A stretch of DNA of 64,000 nt, from NCBI GenBank assembly GCA_963789835.1, contig CAWBMF010000006.1, positions 73,491-137,490 on the forward strand, in the 5' to 3' direction. The notes below the pieces were generated by a model. The model made no database searches. It was given only the letters and a program-made list of their open reading frames with translations, and was not told the origin of the DNA. The position numbers and the translations under genes were made by a program. How positions within the stretch are numbered: the first letter of the stretch is position 1; each line of letters opens with the position of its first letter. This stretch comes from an uncultured delta proteobacterium (GTDB lineage Bacteria > Desulfobacterota > Binatia > Binatales > Binataceae). Below are positions 1-7,848 of the stretch, piece after piece.

Positions 1-98
1 CGGCCATCCTGTAGGCACGATCATGGCCGTCGCCGATCGCGCCGGCGATATCCTCGCTGCCCGATGGAGCTAGATTAGCGGAACCGGAATGATTTGAT

Positions 99-199
99 GA
101 CCGAGAGCAAAGTAGTGCGCTGCGCACAACTTTGCGCTTGATACCGGGTGCAGGGGTCACCCCTGCCGAAGGAAGCGTGAAACCCACCGCGGGTTTCAC
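99..199 (-). repeat. REP-A copy 1 (modules H3-H2-H1)
   Basis: gcaaagtagtgcgctgcgcacaactttgc (H3), ggtgcaggggtcacccctgcc (H2), gtgaaacccaccgcgggtttcac (H1). 101 bp identical by eye to 7648..7748. Confidence 0.9.
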
Positions 200-214
200 A
201 TTAAATAAAGTGAT

Positions 215-1315
215 CTAAACGATCCTCTTCTGCCCGTGCTTGAATCCCCCCTGCTCGCCAATCGCTTCATTCCCCCGCTCCGGCTCGATCCTCTGTACTT
301 CACGCTCGCGCTCAGGATCACTCCGCTCGGGATTACCGCGCTGAGGCTGAGGATGATTGCCGCGATCACCGTCGCGCCGACGCCCGCGATTCTGCCCGCC
401 GCCGCGATTCTCGGGACGCCCGCTGCTGTCAGTCGGCATGATCTCGATCGAGCGCATCAAGCCCTCGCCCGCCGACCGCGTCGTGATCATCGGATCTTCC
501 TTGAGCGCCAGATGCACGACGCGGCGGTCGCGCGGCGCCATCGGCTCAAGCCGCACCGGCTTATGCTCGCGCTTGGCCTTTTCGCCCATCGACAGCGCCA
601 TCCGATGCAATTGCTGGCGCCGCCGCGCGCGATACGATTCGGTCTCCAGTGAAATCGGCGCCGCATCCTTGATTCGACGCGCCAGGATCCGATTCACGAT
701 GTACTCGAGCGCGTCGAGCGTCTGCCCATGCCGCCCGATGAGAATCCCCGATCCGTCGCCCTTGATTTCCAGCTCGACCGTCTCGGCGTCCACTTCGATC
801 TGCCGAACTTCCGTGCCCTCGCCCATCTGCTCGAGGATCTGCTTGAGGATTTCGATCGCCTCGAGCCGCTGCTCGTCGACTCCGACGCTCTTGCGGCCGG
901 GCGCGCTGCTGTCGTCGTCACCCGCGGGCGCCGCCTGATTCTGCCGCGGCGGATTTTCGTTTCCGTTTCCGCTGCCGCGCCCGCGCCGCGGATTCTCGCG
1001 TCTGCGCCCGCGCCCTTGGCCTTGGGGGCGAGGCTGGGAGTCTTGCGCGCGACGCTCCGGCGCTCGACGGTCGACATTGCCGTCTGGCACGCGCGGCGCG
1101 ACGTTGCCCTCCGGCTCCGGCGCTTCTTCCTCGGCCGGCACGCTCTTGCGCGTAACTCGCACCCGCGCCTCGCGCGCGCCCAGTCCGAGCACGCCCGCCC
1201 GCGCTGTCGCGAGCACTTCGACGTCGACCTCGTCCTTGCGCGCGCCGAGCTGCACCAGCGCTTCCAGTACTGCTTCTTCGACCGATTCGCCCGATGTCTC
1301 TATTGAATTGCTCAT
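215..1315 (-). CDS. jag: Jag/KhpB-type RNA-binding protein (Jag_N, KH, R3H) with Arg/Gly/Pro-rich low-complexity inserts
   Basis: Inner ATG at 1315 of track ORF 215..1720 (the upstream 135 codons overlap yidC). MSNSIETSGESVEEAVLEALVQLG = Jag_N; GDGSGILIGRHGQTLDALEYIV = KH GxxG loop; RRVVHLALKED = R3H-like. ATG overlaps the yidC stop (ACATGAG). Conserved yidC-jag synteny. Confidence 0.85.
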   Translation of the reverse strand: MSNSIETSGESVEEAVLEALVQLGARKDEVDVEVLATARAGVLGLGAREARVRVTRKSVPAEEEAPEPEGNVAPRVPDGNVDRRAPERRAQDSQPRPQGQGRGRRRENPRRGRGSGNGNENPPRQNQAAPAGDDDSSAPGRKSVGVDEQRLEAIEILKQILEQMGEGTEVRQIEVDAETVELEIKGDGSGILIGRHGQTLDALEYIVNRILARRIKDAAPISLETESYRARRRQQLHRMALSMGEKAKREHKPVRLEPMAPRDRRVVHLALKEDPMITTRSAGEGLMRSIEIMPTDSSGRPENRGGGQNRGRRRDGDRGNHPQPQRGNPERSDPEREREVQRIEPERGNEAIGEQGGFKHGQKRIV

Positions 1316-3030
1316 GTCGCCGGCGTGTATTGTTTGAATTCGAGGTTGAGAAAATATTGCTGGATCACTCCCAGCAGGTTCGACGAAAAATAGTACAAAG
1401 CGAGCCCGGCCGGAAAGTTTATCAGCATGATTGTAAAAATCAGCGGCGTCAGCATCATCATACGCTGCTGATTCGGGTCCGGCGTCGTCGGCGTCATGTA
1501 CTGCTGCAGGAAACTCGTCAGCCCCATCAGCAACACGAGCACCGGCAGGCCGTGGCAATGGATCAGCGGCAGCTGCGGCAGACCCGGGATGTGCAAGCAG
1601 TCGGGCACAGACAGGTCGTTGATCCATCCGACGAACGGCGCATGCCGCAGCTCGATCGAGTTGCGCAGCGCCTCGTACAGCCCGATAAAAATCGGTAACT
1701 GCAGCGCCATCGGCGCGCATCCGCCCAGCGGATTGACGTGATTGCGCTTGTAGAGATCGACCATCTCCTTCTGCAGCTGCTCGTTGTTGTCCTTATGCTT
1801 CTCGCGCAGCCGCTCGATTTGCGGCGCGAGTCGCTGCATCTTCATCATCGAGCGCTGGCTTCTGATCGATATCGGCAGGAACGCAATTCTGATCGACACC
1901 GTCAGCAAAATAATGTCGACGCCGTAGTTGGGCGCGATGTAATGAAACAGCTTCAGCGTGCGCAGAAAAATCAGCGCGAGGATTCCCGCCCAGCCGAAAT
2001 CGATCGCCTTGTGCAGCGCCGGGTTCACCTGCTCGAGCGCGTCGAGCAGCTTCGGCCCCATGTAAACGTCGCTATGGATTTGCGTGGCGCCGTCGAACAG
2101 CAGCCGCGCGATCGCCTCGTCACCCGTGTACGCCATCGCCAGCGTGCCGGTGGTCGGCGATTTCGGCAGAAACACCGCCAGGAAATATAAATCGCCGAAG
2201 CCCGCATAGGTGATCGGACCCGCCACCGGCGGCACTCCGGTCTTCAGCTTCTTTTCAGTCTCGGTCAAAACCTTGTCGCCGATATCCGCCTGCAGCTCCG
2301 GGATATCGTAATATCCCCCGCGCGCTGTCAGCGGCCGGCCGATCGAGATGCCCAGCTGATCCGGCGCCTTGCCGCCCGTCTCCGTCACGTCCATCGAAAA
2401 CACATAGCTCGACGGCTGGAAGGTAAACGTCTTGGTGATATTGCTGCCGTCCGCCGTCTTCGCCGTGAAAACCGCGGTGGACGTCGCACCCTTCGCCGGC
2501 GTGATCACAGCCGGCGCGGTCGTGTCGTAAGGCACATCGCTATCGTCGGAAAGCTGCCCGCCGCGAGTCGTCACGACCCCGAGCGGCAGATGCCCCCCTG
2601 GCTGCACTTGCACCATCTCATACGGCGGACTGTCCTTGGCCGCTTCCTGCCGATAACGATTCAGCACGAAACTCTTGAGGCGCGCGCCACGCGTCGTGAA
2701 CACTGCGACGTAGTAGTCGGTGTCCACCTCGACCGTCCTCTCCGGCACCAGCGCCATCGAGGGCGTGGTAGTCATCGCACTGGATTGCTGCCCGCTCGGT
2801 GCGCCGGGGCTAGCGACCGCTCCAGGAGCCAACGCCCCCGTCATCGAGGCCATCGGGCTTGCGGCCATCCCATTGCCCAGCGCCTGCTGCTGCGCCGCCT
2901 TGGCCTGCTCGGCCTGATGCTGCTGCTGTTCCGAAGGCGGCGGAAAAAATCGCTTGAGCACCAACTCCTGGTAAGCGACCACCAGGATGATAGACAAAAC
3001 CACCGCAATCAAAACCCGACTGGTATCCAC
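1312..3030 (-). CDS. yidC: membrane protein insertase YidC
   Basis: 572-aa ORF: N-terminal TM (VLIAVVLSIILVVAY), long periplasmic domain, C-terminal insertase core (LFHYIAPNYGVDIILLTVSIRIAFLPISIRSQRSMMKMQRLAPQIERLREK...). Sits after rpmH-rnpA-yidD. Confidence 0.95.
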   Translation of the reverse strand: MDTSRVLIAVVLSIILVVAYQELVLKRFFPPPSEQQQHQAEQAKAAQQQALGNGMAASPMASMTGALAPGAVASPGAPSGQQSSAMTTTPSMALVPERTVEVDTDYYVAVFTTRGARLKSFVLNRYRQEAAKDSPPYEMVQVQPGGHLPLGVVTTRGGQLSDDSDVPYDTTAPAVITPAKGATSTAVFTAKTADGSNITKTFTFQPSSYVFSMDVTETGGKAPDQLGISIGRPLTARGGYYDIPELQADIGDKVLTETEKKLKTGVPPVAGPITYAGFGDLYFLAVFLPKSPTTGTLAMAYTGDEAIARLLFDGATQIHSDVYMGPKLLDALEQVNPALHKAIDFGWAGILALIFLRTLKLFHYIAPNYGVDIILLTVSIRIAFLPISIRSQRSMMKMQRLAPQIERLREKHKDNNEQLQKEMVDLYKRNHVNPLGGCAPMALQLPIFIGLYEALRNSIELRHAPFVGWINDLSVPDCLHIPGLPQLPLIHCHGLPVLVLLMGLTSFLQQYMTPTTPDPNQQRMMMLTPLIFTIMLINFPAGLALYYFSSNLLGVIQQYFLNLEFKQYTPAT

Positions 3031-3037
3031 GTAATTC

Positions 3038-3448
3038 CTATTCTGTCTTTGCCGAGAGGCGAGAGTATGAAGGTTCTGTCTGCTCTCCCCGTGAGGGAGA
3101 GGATGAAGGTGAGGGTCGAATTAGGGTGTCGCGTTCCGCGCCACTGATTGCCCGCCTCGCCCGCTTGGTTGCGGGAGAAGCCGCGCCTGAGCGCGGGTGA
3201 GGGTGTTCATTGAGCGCGCGATTCACGATTCTGTCCGGCACGGGATCAAACCCATGCCCGCCCACCGGATTACATCGCGCGATTCGCCAAATCGCCATCG
3301 CGCCACCGCGAACCATCCCATGCATCGCGATCGCATCGCGCGCATACTCCGAGCAACTCGGCTCGAACCGGCACGCCGGCCCATTCAGCGCATGAATCAC
3401 CGGCGATATCGCCGCCCGATAAATCGCAACGATACCGACCCCCACCAT
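3038..3448 (-). CDS. yidD: membrane protein insertion efficiency factor YidD with REP-derived C-terminal extension
   Basis: ATG at 3448 inside track ORF 3038..3763: MVGVGIVAIYRAAISPVIHALNGPACRFEPSCSEYARDAIAMHGMVRGGAMAIWRIARCNPVGGHGFDPVP is the YidD signature. No stop until 3038, so about 65 extra codons run through REP-B copy 3084..3117. Confidence 0.8.
   Translation of the reverse strand: MVGVGIVAIYRAAISPVIHALNGPACRFEPSCSEYARDAIAMHGMVRGGAMAIWRIARCNPVGGHGFDPVPDRIVNRALNEHPHPRSGAASPATKRARRAISGAERDTLIRPSPSSSPSRGEQTEPSYSRLSAKTE
3084..3117 (+). repeat. REP-B copy (CTCTCCC-N4-GGGAGAG + GATGAAGGTGAGGGT)
   Basis: ctctccccgtgagggagaggatgaaggtgagggtc, inside the 3' extension of yidD. Confidence 0.85.
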
Positions 3449-3472
3449 GCGCGGCGCCCATTTTGCTGTCCC

Positions 3473-3508
3473 CTCTCCCTGTGAGGGAGAGGATGAAGGT
3501 GAGGGTCC
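3473..3508 (+). repeat. REP-B copy
   Basis: ctctccctgtgagggagaggatgaaggtgagggtcc. A direct repeat of 3084..3117, in the rnpA|yidD spacer. Confidence 0.85.
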
Positions 3509-3600
3509 GAATACGGCGCTACCGCGCGATTCACGATTCCGCTCCTCGCACGCGTTCCGCGCGCGACTAAAGATTCTGTCCGATGTATTATCGAGCGCCA

Positions 3601-3981
3601 TCACTTGCGACCAGCCAGCGCGATTCGCCCGCTCAAATTGCGCGCCGCCATCGCCAGCTCGCTGCCGATAGCCGCCGTCGCGAGTCCGCCCGCTCCGCCC
3701 CGCGCGATCACCACCATCGACGTCCCCGCCGGCAGCTGCGCCCGCAACTCTTTCCTGAAACATTCGCGCACGCGACGCTTGACCCGGTTGCGCACGACCG
3801 CGATACCGACTCGGCGCGACACCGTCACGCCCAGCCGCGAGCGCTCGGGCTCATTCTCAAGACTCCCCGCATAGACCACGAAATGAGGTCCCGAAAATCG
3901 CACGCCGTTTCGCTGGAGGCGCAAAAACTCGGCGCTCCGATGCAGCCGGTCGGCCGCGGCGAAGCTCAACTGCGAGCGCAC
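3601..3981 (-). CDS. rnpA: ribonuclease P protein component
   Basis: 126-aa basic ORF with GTG start at 3981, a few nt after the rpmH stop. FLRLQRNGVRFSGPHFVVYA...RLGVTVSRRVGIAVVRNRVKRRVRE is typical RnpA. rpmH-rnpA synteny. Confidence 0.9.
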   Translation of the reverse strand: MRSQLSFAAADRLHRSAEFLRLQRNGVRFSGPHFVVYAGSLENEPERSRLGVTVSRRVGIAVVRNRVKRRVRECFRKELRAQLPAGTSMVVIARGGAGGLATAAIGSELAMAARNLSGRIALAGRK

Positions 3982-3986
3982 TCGGC

Positions 3987-4145
3987 TCAGCCCGGTTGCT
4001 TGGCCGGTATCGAGATTGCGAGGCGTGCTCGGCCCTTCGCGCGGCGGCGCTTGAGGATCTTGCGGCCCCCCGGCGTGGCCATCCGCGCCAGGAATCCATG
4101 GGTTCGTTTGCGTCGGCGGTTATGCGGTTGGTAGGTCCTTTTCAT
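3987..4145 (-). CDS. rpmH: 50S ribosomal protein L34
   Basis: Absent from the ORF track (<60 aa). The reverse strand from 4145 reads [52 protein letters not shown], a textbook L34 sequence. Confidence 0.95.
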   Translation of the reverse strand: MKRTYQPHNRRRKRTHGFLARMATPGGRKILKRRRAKGRARLAISIPAKQPG

Positions 4146-4354
4146 TGCTCGGGCTCGCGGTCAGCGTCTCTCGGTTTCGAATTCCGACCGGCAAGGTCGG
4201 TTAGTAGGTCGGGCGTTCTCTTCGATGGGTAATATGTTGGAACAACTCCGAACACGCAATCGAACCATACCGCGCGCCATTGAGCAAGCACCCAAGTCCA
4301 AAACGTCCTGTCTTAATTCGAGACTGAGTGTCTGAGTTTGAAAAGTGAAGTGGC

Positions 4355-4711
4355 TTATTTTGATTTGAGGCGGGGATCGTCGGTCGAAATGCAGAGCGCT
4401 TCCGTCGCGTATTCGAGTTGGTCAGCGACCAGAAACCCTTGATCGCTGAAGTTATTGGGCCAGAGGCCCTGACGTTGCTCCGCTAAATGGTGCTGTTTAT
4501 CCACATTCGTCGTCGCTGTATCCCGATCTTTCTGTTTGGCAGCTTCGCACGCCTGCGCTGAATCGTAAGAATTCCGAATTGTCCACTGATTGAGCGGCGC
4601 GTTGTCATTCGGTGGCGCGGTGTTGGCGCCCGTCGAACGTGGCGGACCTGGTGGCGGCACAATCAGATACCAGCCTACAAGTGCGAGCGCGGCTGCATGG
4701 CGCGGCTTCAT
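4355..4711 (-). CDS. small secreted two-Cys protein, C-terminal DDPRL motif (paralogue of 5149..5415)
   Basis: 118-aa ORF with a signal-like N-terminus (AAALALVGWYLIV), ...NQWTIRNSYDSAQACEAAK... and C-terminal CISTDDPRLKSK. Same W/..S..CE/C..DDPRL..K pattern as the neighbour. Confidence 0.55.
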   Translation of the reverse strand: MKPRHAAALALVGWYLIVPPPGPPRSTGANTAPPNDNAPLNQWTIRNSYDSAQACEAAKQKDRDTATTNVDKQHHLAEQRQGLWPNNFSDQGFLVADQLEYATEALCISTDDPRLKSK

Positions 4712-4837
4712 ACGCTCGGTTTACCAGAACGCAGAAGCACGGAACAGCGGTTAGCGCGTGCCGCACGCAGCGATACAACTGCGGGGGCATAACTGTCCCC
4801 ACACCTCGGGAACACTCTAGCGTCGCGCGTCGGCGGA

Positions 4838-4975
4838 CTAGACTTTATGAAGTTCTGACGAGTGGCTCGCGCGCTCGTCCCTGCTTTCCCTGGGTGGCCG
4901 TTCTGCCGCTTTCCAAAAGAGAAAGGCGAGCACTACGAATGTACCGACGATCACCAGGAGTCCTTCAAACATCAT
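4838..4975 (-). CDS. hypothetical 45-aa single-pass membrane protein
   Basis: Inner ATG-ATG at 4975 of track ORF 4838..5098, preceded by GGAGGA (4984..4989, 8-nt spacer). MMFEGLLVIVGTFVVLAFLFWKAAERPPRES... is one TM helix plus a charged tail. No family recognised. Confidence 0.4.
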   Translation of the reverse strand: MMFEGLLVIVGTFVVLAFLFWKAAERPPRESRDERASHSSELHKV

Positions 4976-5075
4976 TGTTGGAATCCTCCGTGTCGAGATT
5001 AGAATTTCTTTATCGCCGAACAAGGCAAACTGCAATAGCGAGAACAGGCAAAGAAGAAGCGGAACTTGATTAAAC

Positions 5076-5140
5076 GTGAAACCCGCGATGGGTTTCACAC
5101 TTCCTTCGGCAGGGGTGACCCCTGCACCCAGTGTTAAGAG
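5076..5140 (+). repeat. REP-A copy 2 (H1-H2 + tail)
   Basis: gtgaaacccgcgatgggtttcac acttccttc ggcaggggtgacccctgcacc cagtgttaagag. Confidence 0.9.
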
Positions 5141-5148
5141 ATCGCCCC

Positions 5149-5415
5149 TTATTTCGCGGTTAGCCGGGGATCATCCTCGCGCACGCAAATCGAATACGAA
5201 TACCTCTGATTGTAAACGTTCTCGCTGTCGCTCTTCTCCGCCGCGATCACCGCCGTCCGATAGCTCTCGCAATTCTCCTGCGACTCGAACCTCTCCACCT
5301 GATCCCACTCCGACATCGGCGTCTCGCGCTGCAACCCCTGCCTCGCACAATCAATCGACGGCGCCACCAGGATCCACGCAACCAACACCGCCACCGCGCT
5401 ATCTTTGAATCTCAC
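5149..5415 (-). CDS. small secreted two-Cys protein, C-terminal DDPRL motif (paralogue of 4355..4711)
   Basis: 88-aa ORF (GTG start) with a signal-like AVAVLVAWILVAPS, ...SEWDQVERFESQENCESYR... and C-terminal CVREDDPRLTAK. Confidence 0.55.
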   Translation of the reverse strand: MRFKDSAVAVLVAWILVAPSIDCARQGLQRETPMSEWDQVERFESQENCESYRTAVIAAEKSDSENVYNQRYSYSICVREDDPRLTAK

Positions 5416-5470
5416 TCAATCGCTTATCCCGATAATTCCCCGTATCCGCAAGCGCCCTCATCATCGGAGC

Positions 5471-5700
5471 CGGGATTCTTCGCTCCGCAGACTCCGCTCT
5501 GAATGACACAAAAGAAAAGGCCAAAGATAAAGACACCGGGATTCTTCGCTTCGCTCTAGAATGACACAAAGAAAATGACACAAAGAAAAGAAAAGCCGTG
5601 ACGAATCGACCAACACGAGCGAGCACTTCCGCGTGCCATTCAGAGCGGAACCCGAGTCCCCGTGTCATTCGGACCGGAGCCCATTCCTTGTGTCAGAGAG
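5471..5700. repeat. REP-C cluster (GGGATTCTTCGCT...TGAATGACACAAAG units, direct and inverted)
   Basis: ccgggattcttcgctccgcagactccgctctgaatgacacaaaag (5471-), ccgggattcttcgcttcgctctagaatgacacaaagaaaatgacacaaag (5536-), and inverted pieces gtgccattcagagcgg / cgtgtcattcgg / ttgtgtcagag. Another unit, gactccggtctgaatgacacaaag, is at 14381..14404. Confidence 0.75.
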
Positions 5701-5774
5701 CGGTACTCCATCTTCTAAAACCCGAGAGCAAAATGTCGTCCTCGACATTTTGCGATTCTCTTCCTCCTAACCCT

Positions 5775-5828
5775 GGGTGCAGGGGTCACCCCTGCCCAGG
5801 GAGGTGTGGAACCTACGGCGGGTTCCAC
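5775..5828 (-). repeat. REP-A copy 3 (H2-H1)
   Basis: gggtgcaggggtcacccctgccc ... gtggaacctacggcgggttccac, immediately upstream of the mnmE start. Confidence 0.85.
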
Positions 5829-5843
5829 TACAATCGTGTTCCC

Positions 5844-7296
5844 ATGTACGCCACCGACACGATCGTCGCCCCAGCCACCGCCCCCGGCATCGGCGCCGTC
5901 GCGATCGTCCGCCTCTCCGGCCCGCGCGCTTTCGAAATCCTCGACGCTCTCTTCCGCCCTGCGCATTCCGCCGAGCGCGCGCCGCGCACGATGCGCCTCG
6001 GCGACGTCGTCGATCCCGCGACCGGCGCGCACATCGACCGTGCGCTGGCGGTCGCGATGCCTCATCCTGCCAGCCTCACCGGCGAAGACGTCGCCGAAAT
6101 CCAATGCCACGGCGGGCCCTTCGTCGTGCGCCGCATCGTGGCGCTCGCCCTCGACGCGGGCGCGCGCCTGGCAGAGCCGGGTGAATTCACCCGTCGCGCA
6201 TTCCTGAACGGACGCATCGATCTCGCCGAGGCCGAAGCCATCGCCGACATCGTCGCCGCGCGTAGCGATTCTGCACTGGCCAATGCGCTCTCGCAGCTTT
6301 CCGGCGCCCTTTCAGCGCGCGTCGAGGAGTTGCGCGCGCAAGTCGTAGCAATTCGCGCACATCTCGAGGTCGAGATCGATTTCTCCGACGAGGACATTCG
6401 CCTGCCGTCGCGTCGCGAAGTCGCGAACGAGATGGAACGCCTGATCGCCGACGTTGCAATGCTGCACGACAGCTTCGCGCGCGGCCTCATGATGCGTGCA
6501 GGAGTGCACGCGACGATAATCGGCAAGCCCAACGCCGGAAAATCCTCCCTGATGAATCTGCTGCTCGGTGCCGACCGCGCCATCGTTACCGCGATTGCCG
6601 GCACTACCCGCGACGTGATCGAAGACTCGGTTCAGCTCGGTCCCTACGCCCTGGTTCTCAACGATACCGCTGGCGTCCGCCAATCGACCGACGACGTCGA
6701 GCGCATCGGCATCGAGCGCACGCTCCGCTCGGCGCGCGCGGCCGACCTGTTGATCGCGATGTTCGACGGGTCGCGTCCGCTCGAGCCCGCCGACCTCGAC
6801 GTAATCCGCCTGACCGCCGACCGCCCCGGCCTCGCTATCCTCAACAAGCGCGACCTGCCCGCCGCAATCTCAGCCGACGATCTCCGTGAGCAAGGCCTGC
6901 GCATCCCAATCCTGCCCTTCTCCGCAATCAACCTCGAACAAGCGGCCCCCCTCCGCGCCGAGCTGACCAAGGCAGTCGCCGCACTAGTTTCCGGCGCAGA
7001 TGCCGCGCCCGTTATTTCACCTGAGAGTTCAGAGAAGGGCCTCTGCGCCCTCAAGCACGATGCCATCTGACAATCAAAACCAAATCGCAATCTCCCGCGA
7101 GCGTCATCGCGACGCGCTCGCGATAGCTCTGGAAGCCCTCAAGAACGCACGAACATCCGCGCTCTCGCTGATGCCCCCGGAAATCGTCGCCGTCGACATA
7201 ATGGCCGCAGCCGCCGCGCTCGCCTCAATCACCGGCGAAGTCAGCAACGAAGACATCCTCGACGCCATCTTCCAAAACTTCTGCATCGGCAAATAA
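5844..7296 (+). CDS. mnmE: tRNA modification GTPase MnmE (apparent frameshift near 7000-7070)
   Basis: ATG 5844: MYATDTIVAPATAPGIGAVAIVRLSG. G-domain motifs GKPNAGKSSLMNLL, DTAG, NKRDL. The frame stops at 7070, but the obligatory C-terminus ...SRERHRDAL...ITGEVSNEDILDAIFQNFCIGK* continues in the next frame (track ORF 7000..7296). Confidence 0.9.
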
Positions 7297-7328
7297 TCGC
7301 GATAGGCGCGAAGAGAGCTTGATTAAAC

Positions 7329-7431
7329 GCGGAACCCTCCGTGGGTTCCGCACCTCCTTGGGCAGGGGTGACCCCTGCACCCGGTATCAAGCGCAAAGTT
7401 GCGCGCAGCGCACTACTTTGCTCTCGGTCAG
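7329..7431 (+). repeat. REP-A copy 4 (H1-H2-H3)
   Basis: gcggaaccctccgtgggttccgc ... ggcaggggtgacccctgcacc ... gcaaagttgcgcgcagcgcactactttgc tctcggtcag. Inverted partner of copy 5. Confidence 0.9.
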
Positions 7432-7551
7432 TTCATACTTCTCACTCCGAAAGGGCGCCGAGATTTTGCATCGATGCTTGGCCATTCACTGGTTCCGGTT
7501 CATCCGGACACAGCGAGGTCGGAATCTTGAATCGCGCAGGGCGCTGTCAAT

Positions 7552-7590
7552 GGACCCTCATCTTCGTCCTCGCTCTAACAGGGCGAGGAG
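7552..7590 (-). repeat. REP-B copy (diverged)
   Basis: ggaccctcatcttcgtcctcgctctaacagggcgaggag is the reverse complement of the hairpin+GATGA(A/G)G..GAGGGTCC pattern. Confidence 0.65.
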
Positions 7591-7647
7591 ACAGCGAGGA
7601 ACCGAAATTTTAAAAAGCGAAGCGGAACCGCACTCACGATTTTATGC

Positions 7648-7748
7648 GACCGAGAGCAAAGTAGTGCGCTGCGCACAACTTTGCGCTTGATACCGGGTGC
7701 AGGGGTCACCCCTGCCGAAGGAAGCGTGAAACCCACCGCGGGTTTCAC
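7648..7748 (-). repeat. REP-A copy 5 (H3-H2-H1)
   Basis: Identical to copy 1. Together with copy 4 it brackets 216 bp of other repeat modules. Confidence 0.9.
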
Positions 7749-7848
7749 ATACAAATCTTATTGTATGATTTTCCTACTTTCCGACGATGCGAAGTTTTCG
7801 CGCCACTTTGCGCGCAGCGCCCTCGCAAGCCATAATCGCTGATTCGCC

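Noticed and set aside
2-70. Possible 3' end of a plus-strand gene entering the window (..GHPVGTIMAVADRAGDILAARWS*).
   Set aside because: Only 22 codons are visible and carry no recognisable motif, so this cannot be supported.
215-1720. Long N-terminal extensions of track ORFs: 215..1720, 3038..3763, 5598..7070, 28639..30486, 31354..32502, 42629..43747, 43911..45770, 49926..51218 and 54507..58082.
   Set aside because: The extensions overlap the preceding gene or translate repeat DNA. In each case an internal start, usually with an SD, begins exactly at the conserved N-terminus.
4497-4505. Perfect DnaA box TTATCCACA near rpmH, a possible oriC.
   Set aside because: It is a single occurrence inside a coding ORF (4355..4711). 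There is no cluster of boxes and no adjacent AT-rich unwinding element. One 9-mer match in 64 kb on two strands is expected by chance.
7319-7690. ORFs inside repeat clusters (7319..7690, 7341..7613, 5076..5408, 11440..11718, 12579..12770, 13944..14336, 14252..14470, 14522..14917).
   Set aside because: They translate REP-A/B/C units (recurrent ..AGVTPAPG.., ..GCRGHPCP.., ..EPAVGSTPPS..), so the similarity between them is at the DNA-repeat level, not a protein family.
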